A stretch of 64,000 nucleotides of DNA from an uncultured Alphaproteobacteria bacterium (GCA_963784755.1 CAWASS010000003.1:395591-459590); one strand, 5' to 3'. Positions 29,084 to 40,268 are shown, counted from the stretch's first letter. Notes: generated by a model not told the origin, from the letters alone. Made by a program: numbers and translations.

Positions 29084-31766
29084 ATGGCATTCGCGGTGCG
29101 TAACCTCGCTGCCGTGTTGGCCGCCGCGATCGTGCTTGTCGTGTCGATATCAGGCAATGCAGCGGCCGAGCCCGGCTTATTCCTTCGATGCCACGCCGGG
29201 CAAGCTGCCGAAAACGGTCGTTCCCGTCCACTATGCGATCGAGCTGACGCCCGATCTCGAAAGCCTCGCGCTGCCGGGCGTCGAGGTCGTGGACATCGAG
29301 GTGCGCGAGCCCACCGCGCGGCTTGTCCTCAATGCGGTCGATACGACGTTCGGCGCCGTCAGCATCGACGACGACGCGCAGCGCGCCGACGTCGCGCTCG
29401 ATGCCACGGCCGAGACCGCGACGCTCACCTTTCCGCAGCCGCTCGCGGCCGGCGCGCACCGGCTGCGCATCGGCTTCACGGCGCGGATCAACAAGTTCGG
29501 CACCGGGCTGTTCTTCGTCGACTATCCGACCGGCAATGGCACGAAGCGGATGCTCTCGAGCAAACTCGAGCCCGCCGACGCGCGGCGGATTTTTCCGTGC
29601 TGGGACGAGCCCGCCTTCAAGGCGACGTTTGCGCTGACGGTCACGGTGCCGCGACACCTTCCTCGCGGTCGGCAACATGCCGGTCGTGCGCGAGGAGCCG
29701 GTCGCGCCGAACCTGAAGCAGGTCGCGTTCGCGCCGACGCCGAAAATGTCGACCTATCTGTTCGTGTTCACGGCTGGCGAACTGGAGCGGCTCACGGCGG
29801 ATGCGGATGGCGTGACGGTCGGCGTCGTCACCACCGCCGGCAAGCGCGAGCAGGGCCGCTTTGCGCTCGACAGCGCGGTCAAGCTGCTCGCCTATTTCAA
29901 CGATTATTTCGGCGTGAAATATCCGCTGCCCAAGCTCGATCTGATCGCGGTGCCCGGCGGGTTCGGCGGCGCCATGGAGAACTGGGGCGGCATCACCTTT
30001 TTCGAGAGCCGGCTGCTGTTCGATCCCGTCCACCAATGCGGATACCGCGCGGCGCGGCATCTTCACCATCCTGGCGCACGAGATGGCGCATCAATGGTTC
30101 GGCGATCTCGTCACCATGGGCTGGTGGGACAACCTCTGGCTCAATGAGGGCTTTGCCAGCTGGATGCAGGTCAAGGCCGCGGAGCATTTCTATCCGCAAT
30201 GGCAGACCTGGCTCAACGGCTACGGCCAGAAGCAGTATCGCGCATGGCGCTCGACGCGCGGCGCACCTCGCATCCGATCCAGCAGCCGGTCGCCGACCAG
30301 AGCGAGGCCATGGCCGCGTTCGACGGCATCACCTACAACAAGGGCCAGGCGCTGATCCGCATGCTGGAAAATTATCTCGGCGAGCAGGCGTTTCGCGACG
30401 GCATCCGCAGCTACATGGCCGCGCATGCCTATGGCAACACCACCACCGCCGATCTGTGGCAGGCGCTCGAAAGTGCCGCCGGCAAGCCGGTGACGCGGCG
30501 TTGCGGCGTCCTTTACCGAGCAGGATGGCGTGCCGCTGATCATCAGCCGAGACCGCCTGCAGCGGCGGCACGCCAGCGCATGACGCTGCGGCAGGATCGG
30601 TTTGTGATCGCTCCCGCGCAGTAGCGAACGGACCGTCTGGCCGCCTCGAAGCTGGAAAATCCCGCTCGCGGTCGGGCCGTTGCGCGCAACGCAGCCGGCG
30701 GAAATCCTGCTGGCTCGGGGCCAGCGCCGAGATCCCTGCCGGATCCTGCGGCGAGGCGATGAAGGTCAATCTCGGCGACATCGGCTATTACCGGGTCGAA
30801 TACGGTCCCAACAGCCGGGCTGTGCTGGCGAAGTCGCTGGCGCTGATGGCGCCGGAAGATCGTCTCAACTTCGTCGCCGACAGCTGGGCGCTGGTGCAGG
30901 CCGGCCGTGCCGAACCGCCGTCCTATCTCGCGCTGATCGGACAGCTCGGCAGCGACGATCACCGCGCGGTGTGGGATCAGGTGATCGGCAGCTTGATCAG
31001 GCTCGACCGTCTCGCGCGCGGCCGCAGCGAACGCCCGGCGCTGCAGGCTTATGCACGCGCGCGATTGCGCCCGGTGTTCGACCGGCTCGGCTGGGACGGC
31101 AGTGGTTCGGGCGACGACGACGACGCGTTGCTGCGCTCAAGCCTGATCTCGGCGCTCGGCGAATTCGGCGACGGCGATATCCTCGCCGAGGCCAGACGGC
31201 GGTTCGCAGGCTTCCTGCAGAACCCGCAATCGCTGCCGAACGCGCTGCGCGATGCAGTCACCCATCTCGTCGGCATCGGCGCCGATCGCGCAAGCTACGA
31301 CACGCTGCTGGCGCTTGCGCGCAAAACCACGGTGACCAACGAGCGCCTGCGCTATTATTACGCGGCCGCCAGCGCGCGCGATCCGGCGCTCGCCCGCGCC
31401 ACGCTGGCGCTGACCCTGACCGACGAACTGCCGAGCACCATCGTCGGCGGCGTGATCAACACGGTCGCCTCGGCCGGCGAGCAGCCCGATCTTGCCTGGG
31501 AATTCGTGCAGAAGAATTTCGATGCGCTGGCGGCGAAGCAGGGTCCGTCGTTCCGCGACGCCTTCATCTCCGACTTCATGACCAACTTCAGCGACGACGC
31601 CCATGCCGCCGAACTCGCGCGCTTTGCGCCGGCGCAGGCGACCTCGGGCGGCCGCGTGATGACGGCGCGCGCGCTGGAAACGATCGCGATCTCGGCCGAC
31701 CTCAAGACCCGCGCGCTGCCGGCGATCGACGCCTGGATCAAGGAGCGTGACGGCCGGCGGCCTTGA
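29084..31766 (+). pseudogene. M1 family aminopeptidase (PepN/ERAP-like) with signal peptide, fragmented by about 8 or more apparent insertions
   Basis: ARRIFPCWDEP, GGAMENWG, AHEMAHQW...WLNEGFA and YNKG motifs spread over successive frames; may be intact if the frameshifts are artefacts. Confidence 0.8.
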
Positions 31767-31784
31767 ACGAGTTTCGCCGCGCGG

Positions 31785-33036
31785 CTAAACGCTCACACCG
31801 CCATCCCGGTCCAGCGCGAAATCGTCGACCAGCTCTGAGGTCGATCCTGCGATCAGGCCGCCGATCATTTGTGCGGCGAGAAAACTGAATGTGATCCCGT
31901 TGCCGCCGTAACCATAGGCCGCGTAGATGCCGTTGTTGCCGGGCACGGGCCCGATCAGCGGCAAGCCGTCGCGCGTGGTGTCGAACGTTCCGGCCCAGCT
32001 AAACGCGATGTCGCGATTGGCGCGCGACCACAGCGCGCCAAGCTTTTCCGCGAGGATGCGGGACTTTTCCGGGATCAGCGCATCGCGCGCCTCAGGCTCG
32101 ATAATCTCGTCGCTGTCCTCGCCACCGATGATGATCCGCCCCGAAACCGTGGTCCTCGCGTAAAGATAATCCTTGCTGTTTTCCCAGATCAGCGCGCCGG
32201 CGTTCCAGATGTTGTCCGGCTGCGGCGCGGTCGCGATCGCCCAGCTCGACGACACCGCCTGGATGGTCGAATGAATGATTTTCGGCATCACATAGCCGGT
32301 GGCGAGCACCACATGGCGCGCTTCGATCTCGTGACCATCCTGCAACTGCACGCCGACCGACCGCGAGGCGGCGTCGAATTGGATAGCATCGGCTTCGAAC
32401 AGGCGCGCGCCGCGCGACACCGCGGCCGCGAGCAGGCCGCGCGCCAGCTGCATCGGATCGGCGTCGGCAGCATCGGGCGATACGATCGCGCCGGCGCGCG
32501 TAATGCCGAAATGCTCCAGCAGCATCGCGTGGTCGAGGAATGCGCCCGGCAAATCCGCGTGGCGCCGAAGCGCGTGCTCCTCGAGCAGCTCCTTGCTGGT
32601 GGGTCCGGCTGCAAGATAAAGCGAATCCTTGTCGCGCATGTCGCAAGCGATGCCGAGTTCAGCGACCAGCGATTTCAATCCACTGACCGCCTGCAGGCTG
32701 GCGTGATAGGCGCGCGACGCCCGCTCGAAACCGTAGGCTTGCGTCAATTGCGTCAGCGAGCGGTCGATTTCCCACAGCAGCATCGACGTGCTCGCCGCGG
32801 TGCTGCCGCGGCCGGGCAATTCGCGGTCGATGATCACGACATCGAGGCCTTGCCGCGTCAGCCGCTCGGCAATCAGCGATCCGGTAATGCCGCCGCCGAC
32901 GATCAGCGCGTCGCATTTCAGGTCATCGGTGATGTCGATCCGGGTGCGCGGCGCGATGCGCTCAAACCAGGGCGAACGGCCCCCGCGCAGATCGGCTTGC
33001 TCGGTGTTGTCGGAGTCGAAGGGTTTGATGGGGCAC
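31785..33036 (-). CDS. FAD-dependent oxidoreductase (DadA/PuuB-like)
   Basis: [14 protein letters not shown] Rossmann motif upstream of the track [19 protein letters not shown]. Start uncertain; GTG at 33036 requires removal of one C in a CCCC run. Confidence 0.8.
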
Positions 33037-33150
33037 CGTTTGCGCGGAATCGATCGATTTAACCGGGGGCTTTCTCATCAACGGCTGGTGATCTATAGAG
33101 TTCCGGCTGCGAGGCAGCATGTGCCAAGCGAATTGAGACTTATTCCGACA

Positions 33151-34026
33151 ATGGCTGATTTCCACGGCGTCTTTCCCTATCTGGTCTCGCCTGTCGATGC
33201 CTCCGGACAAATCCGTACCGAGGTGCTTGGCCGGCTTTGCGACGACCTCGTCAAGTCCGGCGTGCACGGGTTGACGCCGCTCGGCTCGACCGGCGAATTC
33301 GCTTATCTCAGCCGCGAGCAGCGCGCGGCGGTGGTGCGGACGAGCATCGACGCCGCGCAGCGCCGTGTGCCCGTGGTTGCCGGCGTTGCCTCGACCTCGA
33401 CCGCGGACGCGGTGGCGCAGGCGAAATCGTATGAACGGCTCGGCGCCGACGGCATTCTCGCGATCCTCGAAGCCTATTTCCCGCTTGGCGATGCGCAGGT
33501 CGAATCCTATTTTCGCGCCATCGCGGACGCGGTCGACATCCCCGTGGTGATCTACACCAATCCGCAGTTCCAGCGTTCCGATCTCACCCTCGACGTCATC
33601 GCAAAGCTCGCCGCGCATCCGCGCATCGTCGCCATCAAGGACGCCTCGACCAACACCGGGCGGCTGCTGTCGATCATGAACCGCTGCGGCGGCAGTATCG
33701 ACGTGTTTTCCGCGTCCGCGCACATTCCCGCCGCGGTGATGCTGATCGGCGGCGTCGGCTGGATGGCGGGCCCGGCCTGCGTCATTCCGCGCCAGAGCGT
33801 CGAGCTCTACGATCTCTGCAAGGTGCAGCGCTGGGACGAGGCGATGACACTGCAGCGCCGGCTGTGGCGGCTCAACGAAGCCTTCGCGCGCTACAATCTG
33901 GCGGCGTGCATCAAGGCCGGACTGGCGATGCAGGGTTACGAGGTCGGCGATCCCGTTCCGCCGCAGGCCGCGCTGACCGCCGACGAGCGCAAGGCCGTCG
34001 AAGCGGTATTGCGGGACATCGGCTGA
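33151..34026 (+). CDS. Dihydrodipicolinate synthase family protein
   Basis: [20 protein letters not shown] Schiff-base lysine. Confidence 0.88.
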   Translation: MADFHGVFPYLVSPVDASGQIRTEVLGRLCDDLVKSGVHGLTPLGSTGEFAYLSREQRAAVVRTSIDAAQRRVPVVAGVASTSTADAVAQAKSYERLGADGILAILEAYFPLGDAQVESYFRAIADAVDIPVVIYTNPQFQRSDLTLDVIAKLAAHPRIVAIKDASTNTGRLLSIMNRCGGSIDVFSASAHIPAAVMLIGGVGWMAGPACVIPRQSVELYDLCKVQRWDEAMTLQRRLWRLNEAFARYNLAACIKAGLAMQGYEVGDPVPPQAALTADERKAVEAVLRDIG

Positions 34027-34056
34027 CACTTGTCGATTGCAGCAAAAACATTACTT

Positions 34057-34156
34057 CGTCACTCCGGGACGCGCGAAGCGCGAGCCCGGAATCCATAACC
34101 GCCGATCGTGGATATGGATTCCAGGCCTGCGCCTGACGGCGCACCCCGGAATGACG
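34057..34156. repeat. REP-like palindrome family B
   Basis: cgtcactccggg...cccggaatccata...tatggattcc...ccccggaatgacg. Confidence 0.85.
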
Positions 34157-34178
34157 GCTTCGAAGGAAGGACCAACGG

Positions 34179-36506
34179 ATGAACATTCTGCCCGCCAACA
34201 TGCGCTTCGGCGCGGGCCAGCCGATCAAACGTCTCGAAGACCAGCGGCTCTTGACCGGGAAGGGACAGTTCATCGACGACAAACCGGAAGACGGCGCGCT
34301 GTGGCTCCATGTGCTGCGCTCGCCGCATGCGCATGCGCGGATCAAATCGATCGATACCAAAATGGCCGTGGAAATGCCCGGCGTCGAAGCCGTCTACACC
34401 GGTGCCGACTTGATCGCCGACGATATCGGCACGCTTCCGACGCTGGCGGTTTTCCAGCGGCCCGACGGTTCGCCGATGACGGTGCCGCCGCGCCGCCTGC
34501 TCGCGCATGAGATCGTGCGTTTCGCCGGCGAACCGGTCGCCGCTGTGGTAGCGACATCGCGCAACGCGGCGCAGAGCGCGGCCGAGGCGATCGCGATCGA
34601 ATACGACATGCTGCCGTCGGTGGTCGATCCCCTCGAAGCGCTCAAGCCCGGCGCGCCTGTGGTGTGGCCGGAAGCGCCCGACAATATCGTGGCGGCGATG
34701 AGTTATGGCGACGCGGCCGCGGTCGAAGCCGCCTTCGCCGGCGCAAAGCATGTGGTCTCGCTCAACGTCGTCAGCCAGCGCGTGGTCCCCTCCGCGATGG
34801 AGCCGCGCAGCACCATCGCCGAGATCGACAAAAAATCCGGACGGCTGGTCCTGCATGTGCAGTCGCAGACCCCTGGCTCGACCCGCGACGTGCTCGCCGA
34901 CGCGGTGCTGAAGCGGCCGAAGGAAAGCGTGCGGGTGCTGGTCGGTGATATCGGCGGCGGTTTTGGGCAGAAGACCAATCTCTATCCCGAGGACGGCATG
35001 GCCGCCTACGCCGCGGTAAAGCTCGGGCGAAAGGTGCGCTGGCGCGGCGACCGCACGGATGAATTCGTCGGCGGCAGTCATGGCCGCGACCTGACCTCGA
35101 CAGGCGAATTCGCGCTCGATGCCAAAGGCCGCGTGCTGGCCTATCGCGTGCGTTCGATCGGCGGCACCGGCGCTTACATGACCGGTGCTTCCAACATCAT
35201 TCCGCTGGTGCTGGGCCCGTTCGTGCAGAGCGGCGTGTACGATCTGCCGCTGGTGCATTACGAGGTCAAGACCGTGATGACCAACACCGCACCGGTCGGC
35301 GCCTATCGCGGCGCCGGCCGGCCGGAAGGCGTGTTCGTCGTGGAGCGGCTGATGGACGCTGCGGCCCGGCAAATCGGGATGGATCCGCGCGCCATCCGCA
35401 AGGTGAATTATGTCAAGCCGGCGCAATTGCCCTACACCAACGCCGTCGGCCAGGTCTACGACAGCGGCGCCTTCGCGCACATGCTCGACCGCGCCTCGAA
35501 ACTCGCGGACTGGGACGGCTTTGCCGCGCGCAAGAAGGCGGCCAGGAAGAAAGGCCTGCTCTACGGACGCGGCCTCACCAGCTACATCGAATGGACCGGC
35601 GGCCGCGCGCACACCGAAAAGGTCAGCCTGCACGCCACCGCCGAGGGGCGCATCGTGCTTCACTCCGGCACGCAAGCGATGGGGCAGGGATTGCAGACCA
35701 CCTATACGCAGATGCTGACGGAGGCGCTCGGCATCGCCATGGACAAGATCGATATCGTGCAGGGCGACACCGATCTTGCCACCGGTTTCGGCAGCGTCGG
35801 CTCGCGCTCGCTGTTCGTCGGCGGCACCGCGCTTGCGGTCTCCGCCAACGATCTGGTCGCAAAGGCGCGCGAGAAGGCGTCGAACCTGCTGGAAGCCTCG
35901 ATCGAGGATATCGAATACAGCGGCGGCTTCCTCACCGTGGTCGGTACCGACAAGCGCATCGGCCTGTTCGAGATCGCCAAGAGCGAAAAGGGCGCGCGCC
36001 TCAGCGTCGACAGCGAAGGCGAAGTCGACGGGCCGAGCTGGCCCAACGGCACCCATATCTGCGAAGTCGAAATCGATCCGGAAACCGGGATCACGCGCGT
36101 GGTGAAGTACACCACGGTCGACGATGTCGGCGTCGCCATGAATCCGATGCTGGTGGCGGGGCAGGTCCATGGCGGCGTCGCACAAGGCATCGGCCAGGCT
36201 TTGTATGAGGGCGTATCCTACGACGCCGAAGGGCAGCTCTTGACCGCGAGCTATCAGGATTACTGCATTCCGCGCGCCGACGACGTGCCGTCCATCGCGG
36301 TGACGCTCGATGATTCCGCGCCCTGCCGCACCAATCCGCTGGGCGCCAAGGGCTGCGGCGAATCCGGCGCGATCGGCGGTCCGCCCTGCGTCACCAACGG
36401 CGTGATGGATGCCTTGAGCGATCTCGGCATCAAGACCCTCACCACGCCGCTGTCGCCGCTGAAGGTGTGGCAGGCGATCAGGGACGCGAAAGCGGCGCAG
36501 AAATAA
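34179..36506 (+). CDS. Xanthine dehydrogenase-family molybdopterin large subunit (CoxL form II-like)
   Basis: GGGFGQK, active-site loop AYRGAGR, GQVHGG, NPLGAKGCGE. Confidence 0.9.
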   Translation: MNILPANMRFGAGQPIKRLEDQRLLTGKGQFIDDKPEDGALWLHVLRSPHAHARIKSIDTKMAVEMPGVEAVYTGADLIADDIGTLPTLAVFQRPDGSPMTVPPRRLLAHEIVRFAGEPVAAVVATSRNAAQSAAEAIAIEYDMLPSVVDPLEALKPGAPVVWPEAPDNIVAAMSYGDAAAVEAAFAGAKHVVSLNVVSQRVVPSAMEPRSTIAEIDKKSGRLVLHVQSQTPGSTRDVLADAVLKRPKESVRVLVGDIGGGFGQKTNLYPEDGMAAYAAVKLGRKVRWRGDRTDEFVGGSHGRDLTSTGEFALDAKGRVLAYRVRSIGGTGAYMTGASNIIPLVLGPFVQSGVYDLPLVHYEVKTVMTNTAPVGAYRGAGRPEGVFVVERLMDAAARQIGMDPRAIRKVNYVKPAQLPYTNAVGQVYDSGAFAHMLDRASKLADWDGFAARKKAARKKGLLYGRGLTSYIEWTGGRAHTEKVSLHATAEGRIVLHSGTQAMGQGLQTTYTQMLTEALGIAMDKIDIVQGDTDLATGFGSVGSRSLFVGGTALAVSANDLVAKAREKASNLLEASIEDIEYSGGFLTVVGTDKRIGLFEIAKSEKGARLSVDSEGEVDGPSWPNGTHICEVEIDPETGITRVVKYTTVDDVGVAMNPMLVAGQVHGGVAQGIGQALYEGVSYDAEGQLLTASYQDYCIPRADDVPSIAVTLDDSAPCRTNPLGAKGCGESGAIGGPPCVTNGVMDALSDLGIKTLTTPLSPLKVWQAIRDAKAAQK

Positions 36507-36543
36507 TTGCGGTCGCAGCCCGAACCTCTGTTACAACAAGCGA

Positions 36544-36645
36544 CGTCATTCCGGGGCGCGACGAAGTCGCGAACCCGGAATCCAGAAAGACGGAATATTT
36601 TGGCCGGATTCCGGGTTCGACGCTTCGCGTCGCCCCGGAATGACG
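36544..36645. repeat. REP-like palindrome family B
   Basis: cgtcattccggggcg...gaacccggaatcc...ggattccgggttc...cgccccggaatgacg. Confidence 0.88.
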
Positions 36646-36662
36646 ATGGAGGGAGAGATCCA

Positions 36663-37280
36663 ATGCGCAGAGTGTGGACCGTGCTGGCGGCGCTGGCGAC
36701 GTTGAGCCTGACCAATTGCGGATATAACGCGATCCAGAGCCAGGACGAGCAGGTCAAGTCGGCCTGGTCCGAGGTGGTGAACCAGTATCAGCGCCGCGCC
36801 GATCTCGTGCCCAACCTCGTCAATTCGGTGAAGGGTTTTGCGCAGCAGGAAAAGGACGTGCTGCTCGGCGTCACCAACGCGCGCGCCAAGGTCGGCAGCA
36901 TCCAGGCGACCCCGGAGGTGCTCAACGACCCCGCTGCGTTCCAGAAATTCCAGGCCGCGCAAGGCGAACTTTCCAGCGCGCTGTCGCGATTGCTGGTGGT
37001 GACCGAGAATTATCCGCAGCTCAAATCCGATACGCTGTTCCGCGACCTGATGGCGCAACTGGAAGGCACCGAGAACCGCATCACGGTGGCGCGCAACCGC
37101 TACATCAAGGCGGTGCAGGAATACAATGTAACGATTCGCTCGGTCCCGACCAATTTCACGGCGATGGTGTTCGGCTACAAGGACAAGCCGAATTTCTCGG
37201 TTGAAAACGAAAAGGAAATATCGACCGCGCCGAAAGTCGACTTCAATCCGGCGCCGGCGACACCCGCGCCCGCGAAGTAG
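36663..37280 (+). CDS. lemA: LemA family lipoprotein
   Basis: LTNCGYN lipobox-like, YQRRADLVPNLV, ENYPQLK, ENRITVAR. Confidence 0.92.
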   Translation: MRRVWTVLAALATLSLTNCGYNAIQSQDEQVKSAWSEVVNQYQRRADLVPNLVNSVKGFAQQEKDVLLGVTNARAKVGSIQATPEVLNDPAAFQKFQAAQGELSSALSRLLVVTENYPQLKSDTLFRDLMAQLEGTENRITVARNRYIKAVQEYNVTIRSVPTNFTAMVFGYKDKPNFSVENEKEISTAPKVDFNPAPATPAPAK

Positions 37281-37306
37281 TCGCGGCAACCCAAAAAGGC
37301 GCCGCG

Positions 37307-38176
37307 ATGAAAGCTGCAAGAGCCTGCCTGCTTGCGCTGATGCTGTGCTGGGCATTCGCAGCCTTAGCGGATGTCGCGGTGCCGCAGCTGACGGGCCGGG
37401 TCGTCGATCAGACCGGGACGCTCAGCAACGGGGATATTGCCAGGCTCGCGCGGACCCTTCAGGATTTCGACATCCGGAAAGGCAGCCAGATACAGGTGCT
37501 GATCGTGCCGACCACGCAGCCCGAAACCATCGAGCAATATTCGCTGCGCGTCGCTGAAGCCTGGAAGATCGGGCGCAAGAAGATCGACGACGGCGCCATT
37601 CTCGTCGTCGCCAAGAATGATCGCAAGCTTCGCATCGAGGTCGGTTACGGCCTCGAGGGCGTGCTCACCGATGTCACCTCGAAACGCATCATCGATGAAG
37701 TCATCACGCCGAAATTCCGCAGCGGCGATTTCGCCGGCGGCATTTCCGACGGCGTCGATCAGATCATCCGCGTCGTCGACGGCGAGCCGTTGCCGGCGCC
37801 TGCGCGGCCGCGGCAGAATACCGGCTTCCTCGACCACATCGATCCGTTCAATCCGTTTCTGCTATTCGGCGTGTTCATCGTTGGCGGAATTTTTCGCGGT
37901 ATTTTCGGACGGTTGTTCGGTTCGCTCGCGACCGGCGGTCTGGTAGCGGCGATATTCTGGTTTATCGCGGCGTCGCTGGCGCTGTCGGCCATCAGCGGCT
38001 TCATCGCATTCATCGTCACCATGTTCGCCGACGCGATGACGTCGTCGGGCGGCGTCGGCAGAGGCGGGACATGGTCCGGCGGCGGCGGATTTTCGGGCGG
38101 CAGCAGTTCGAGCGGCGGCGGCTTCAGCGGAGGCGGCGGCAGTTTCGGTGGCGGCGGCGCGTCGGGGAGCTGGTAG
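37307..38176 (+). CDS. TPM-domain (YgcG-like) membrane protein with Gly-rich tail
   Basis: VVDQTGTL, RIEVGYGLEG, GGGGSFGGGGASGSW C-terminus. Confidence 0.88.
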   Translation: MKAARACLLALMLCWAFAALADVAVPQLTGRVVDQTGTLSNGDIARLARTLQDFDIRKGSQIQVLIVPTTQPETIEQYSLRVAEAWKIGRKKIDDGAILVVAKNDRKLRIEVGYGLEGVLTDVTSKRIIDEVITPKFRSGDFAGGISDGVDQIIRVVDGEPLPAPARPRQNTGFLDHIDPFNPFLLFGVFIVGGIFRGIFGRLFGSLATGGLVAAIFWFIAASLALSAISGFIAFIVTMFADAMTSSGGVGRGGTWSGGGGFSGGSSSSGGGFSGGGGSFGGGGASGSW

Positions 38177-38179
38177 GAC

Positions 38180-38677
38180 ATGAGCATCAAGCGCATCGGC
38201 AAACATCTTCTCGCCAACCGCTCGCGGGTGCGGCGGGCTTTTCCGGCACGATCGCTGGCTGCCATCGAGCAAGCCATCAAGGGCAGCGAGGCGACCCATG
38301 CCGGGCAAATCCGCTTCGTGGTCGAAGGCGCGCTGGACGGCGCGCCGCTGTTGAGAAACCAGTCGGCGCGCGCGCGGGCGCTGGACGTGTTTTCGCACCT
38401 GCGGATCTGGGATACCGCGCACAACAACGGCGTGCTGATCTATCTATTGCTGGCCGACCGCGACGTCGAGATTCTGGCCGACCGCGGCATTGACGCGCTG
38501 GTGGGTGCTAAGGAATGGGAGAAGATTTGCCGGGCGATGGAAGCTGAATTCGGCAAGGGAAATTTCGAGGCTGGCGTGCTGAAGGGCATTGAGGCGGTGT
38601 CGCGGCATCTGGCGAAACATTTCCCGAAGCACGGTGCCGGCCGGAACGAACTGCCGGACGCACCGGTGGTGATGTAG
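38180..38677 (+). CDS. TPM-domain protein (DUF477-like)
   Basis: NNGVLIYLLLADRDVEILADRGI, NELPD. Confidence 0.85.
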   Translation: MSIKRIGKHLLANRSRVRRAFPARSLAAIEQAIKGSEATHAGQIRFVVEGALDGAPLLRNQSARARALDVFSHLRIWDTAHNNGVLIYLLLADRDVEILADRGIDALVGAKEWEKICRAMEAEFGKGNFEAGVLKGIEAVSRHLAKHFPKHGAGRNELPDAPVVM

Positions 38678-38687
38678 CGCACCTACT

Positions 38688-38811
38688 GCGTTCCCCGGAC
38701 GCAGTGCAGCGCAAAGCGGTGCACTGCAGAGCCGGGGTCGTCACGAACGCCGGTGTTTGGTACGGTCCCGGTTCTGCGAAGCAGCGCTGCGCGCTGCATC
38801 GCGCCCGGCAT
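38688..38811. repeat. REP-like palindrome family C
   Basis: gcgttccccggacgcagtgcagcg...cagagccggg...ggtcccggttctgcgaagcagcg. Confidence 0.8.
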
Positions 38812-38826
38812 ATGAGGTGGCGCGCT

Positions 38827-39639
38827 TTAAGCGTCGTCCAGTTTATTCAGATCGCGCACCGATTGCATGATCGGTTCGAAATTCGAGCGCGCATCCAGCG
38901 CGTCGAACAGTTGCGCGGTGTCCGACAATAGCGCGTGCGAGCGCTGGATCGCGATCCGCACGTCGTCCTGCGGCGTATCGGACAGCCGGCCGTGTCCGGA
39001 CAGCAGGATTTTGGAATTCAATCCCTTCAGCCGCTCCAGCGACTGGATGTAGTCGCTGATGCTGCCCGACCCGAACACGCCGCCCATCACGCCGCCGGGC
39101 ATCAATGTGTCGGCGGCGAACAGCAGGCCCTGGTCCTGATCGAACAGGCTGATGCAGGCGGAGGTGTGGCCCGGCGTGTACATCACATTGAGACGGAAAT
39201 TGCCGAGATCGATCAGGTTGCCTTCTTCCAGCCAGATATCGACATTGATCGGCACGTTGGGCTCGTTGAACATCTTGCGCAGCATCGAGAAATCGTCGCG
39301 CAGCATGATCTTGTTGGCGGCGAGTCGATGCGCGGCGATGATCGTGCGCCCGGCGAAATGGTAAGCCGCGCCGATGTGATCGAGATGCTCATGGCTTAGA
39401 ATCAGCATATCGATCCTGTCGGGCGGACAATCGACATGGTTGAGGCATTCCACGAGATGCGGATAATTCGAGGACAGCCCGACGTCGATCATGATGGTGC
39501 GCGACGAGCCGCGCACCAGATAGGCGTTGGCGGCGCGGTTCTTGAAACGGATTTGATAGACGTTCTCGGCCGCCTCGATCAGCGAGCAGACGTCATTGTT
39601 GAGGAGAACGGGAAACGGTGACGGCTTGCGGTCGCTCAT
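38827..39639 (-). CDS. Metallo-beta-lactamase-fold hydrolase
   Basis: SHEHLDHIG (HxHxDH), TPGHT, AADT, SGHG. Confidence 0.88.
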   Translation of the reverse strand: MSDRKPSPFPVLLNNDVCSLIEAAENVYQIRFKNRAANAYLVRGSSRTIMIDVGLSSNYPHLVECLNHVDCPPDRIDMLILSHEHLDHIGAAYHFAGRTIIAAHRLAANKIMLRDDFSMLRKMFNEPNVPINVDIWLEEGNLIDLGNFRLNVMYTPGHTSACISLFDQDQGLLFAADTLMPGGVMGGVFGSGSISDYIQSLERLKGLNSKILLSGHGRLSDTPQDDVRIAIQRSHALLSDTAQLFDALDARSNFEPIMQSVRDLNKLDDA

Positions 39640-40016
39640 TGCGCCGCCGCCCTGAACTGGGCGGCGTTGGAGGCGCGCAGCCGCTTGCTCAAGGCGTCCA
39701 TGATCATCAGCGCGAAGGCCGGCTGCTGACTGACCAGGTAAACGAAGCGTGCATGATTGATCCGCATCACCTTTGTCTTCGGTGCCGCGGCAATGGCGGA
39801 GGCGGATCGGGAGGAGCCGTCGATCACCGCCATTTCGCCGAAAAACTCGCCCTTGCCGAGGGTGACGATGGTGGTCTTGCCGGCGCCGGTGATCTTGACG
39901 ATGTCGATCTTGCCGTCGAGCACCACATACAGCTCGCGCCCGGCCGAGCCTTCCTCGAATATGACGTCGCCCACATCATATTCATTGATGCATTTTTCGA
40001 TCGTCATGGAGTCCAC
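39636..40016 (-). CDS. Stand-alone cyclic-nucleotide-binding domain protein
   Basis: IFEEG, GEFFGEMAVIDGSSRSASA phosphate-binding cassette; 126 aa, no HTH. Confidence 0.88.
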   Translation of the reverse strand: MDSMTIEKCINEYDVGDVIFEEGSAGRELYVVLDGKIDIVKITGAGKTTIVTLGKGEFFGEMAVIDGSSRSASAIAAAPKTKVMRINHARFVYLVSQQPAFALMIMDALSKRLRASNAAQFRAAAQ

Positions 40017-40268
40017 TGCCTTCTGGCTGGTCTCATTGCGGCCATGTTAGTCGGTAAATCCGTTGGTGCAATCGATGCGTGGCGGCGGTGGACGATCCCG
40101 CAGGGCAGCAAAACCGGAAATCCGGGGCGGGTTTATGCGCGGACGGGTTCCGTTCATCAGGCGAAACGGGCCGGGCAAATCCTAAAATTTCCGTAATTCG
40201 GGCGGTAGTAACGAATTCGCAAGCAATAAAAGTTACCAAATGGTCAACCTTTGTTGGAGATTTGCAAC

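Noticed and set aside
28978-29084. tRNA-Glu as integration site of a genomic island
   Set aside because: No integrase and no duplicated tRNA 3' end seen in the window; downstream GC and codon usage look host-like
34179-36506. Bona fide aerobic CO dehydrogenase (form I coxL)
   Set aside because: Motif is AYRGAGR rather than AYRCSFR, and coxM, coxS and accessory genes are absent
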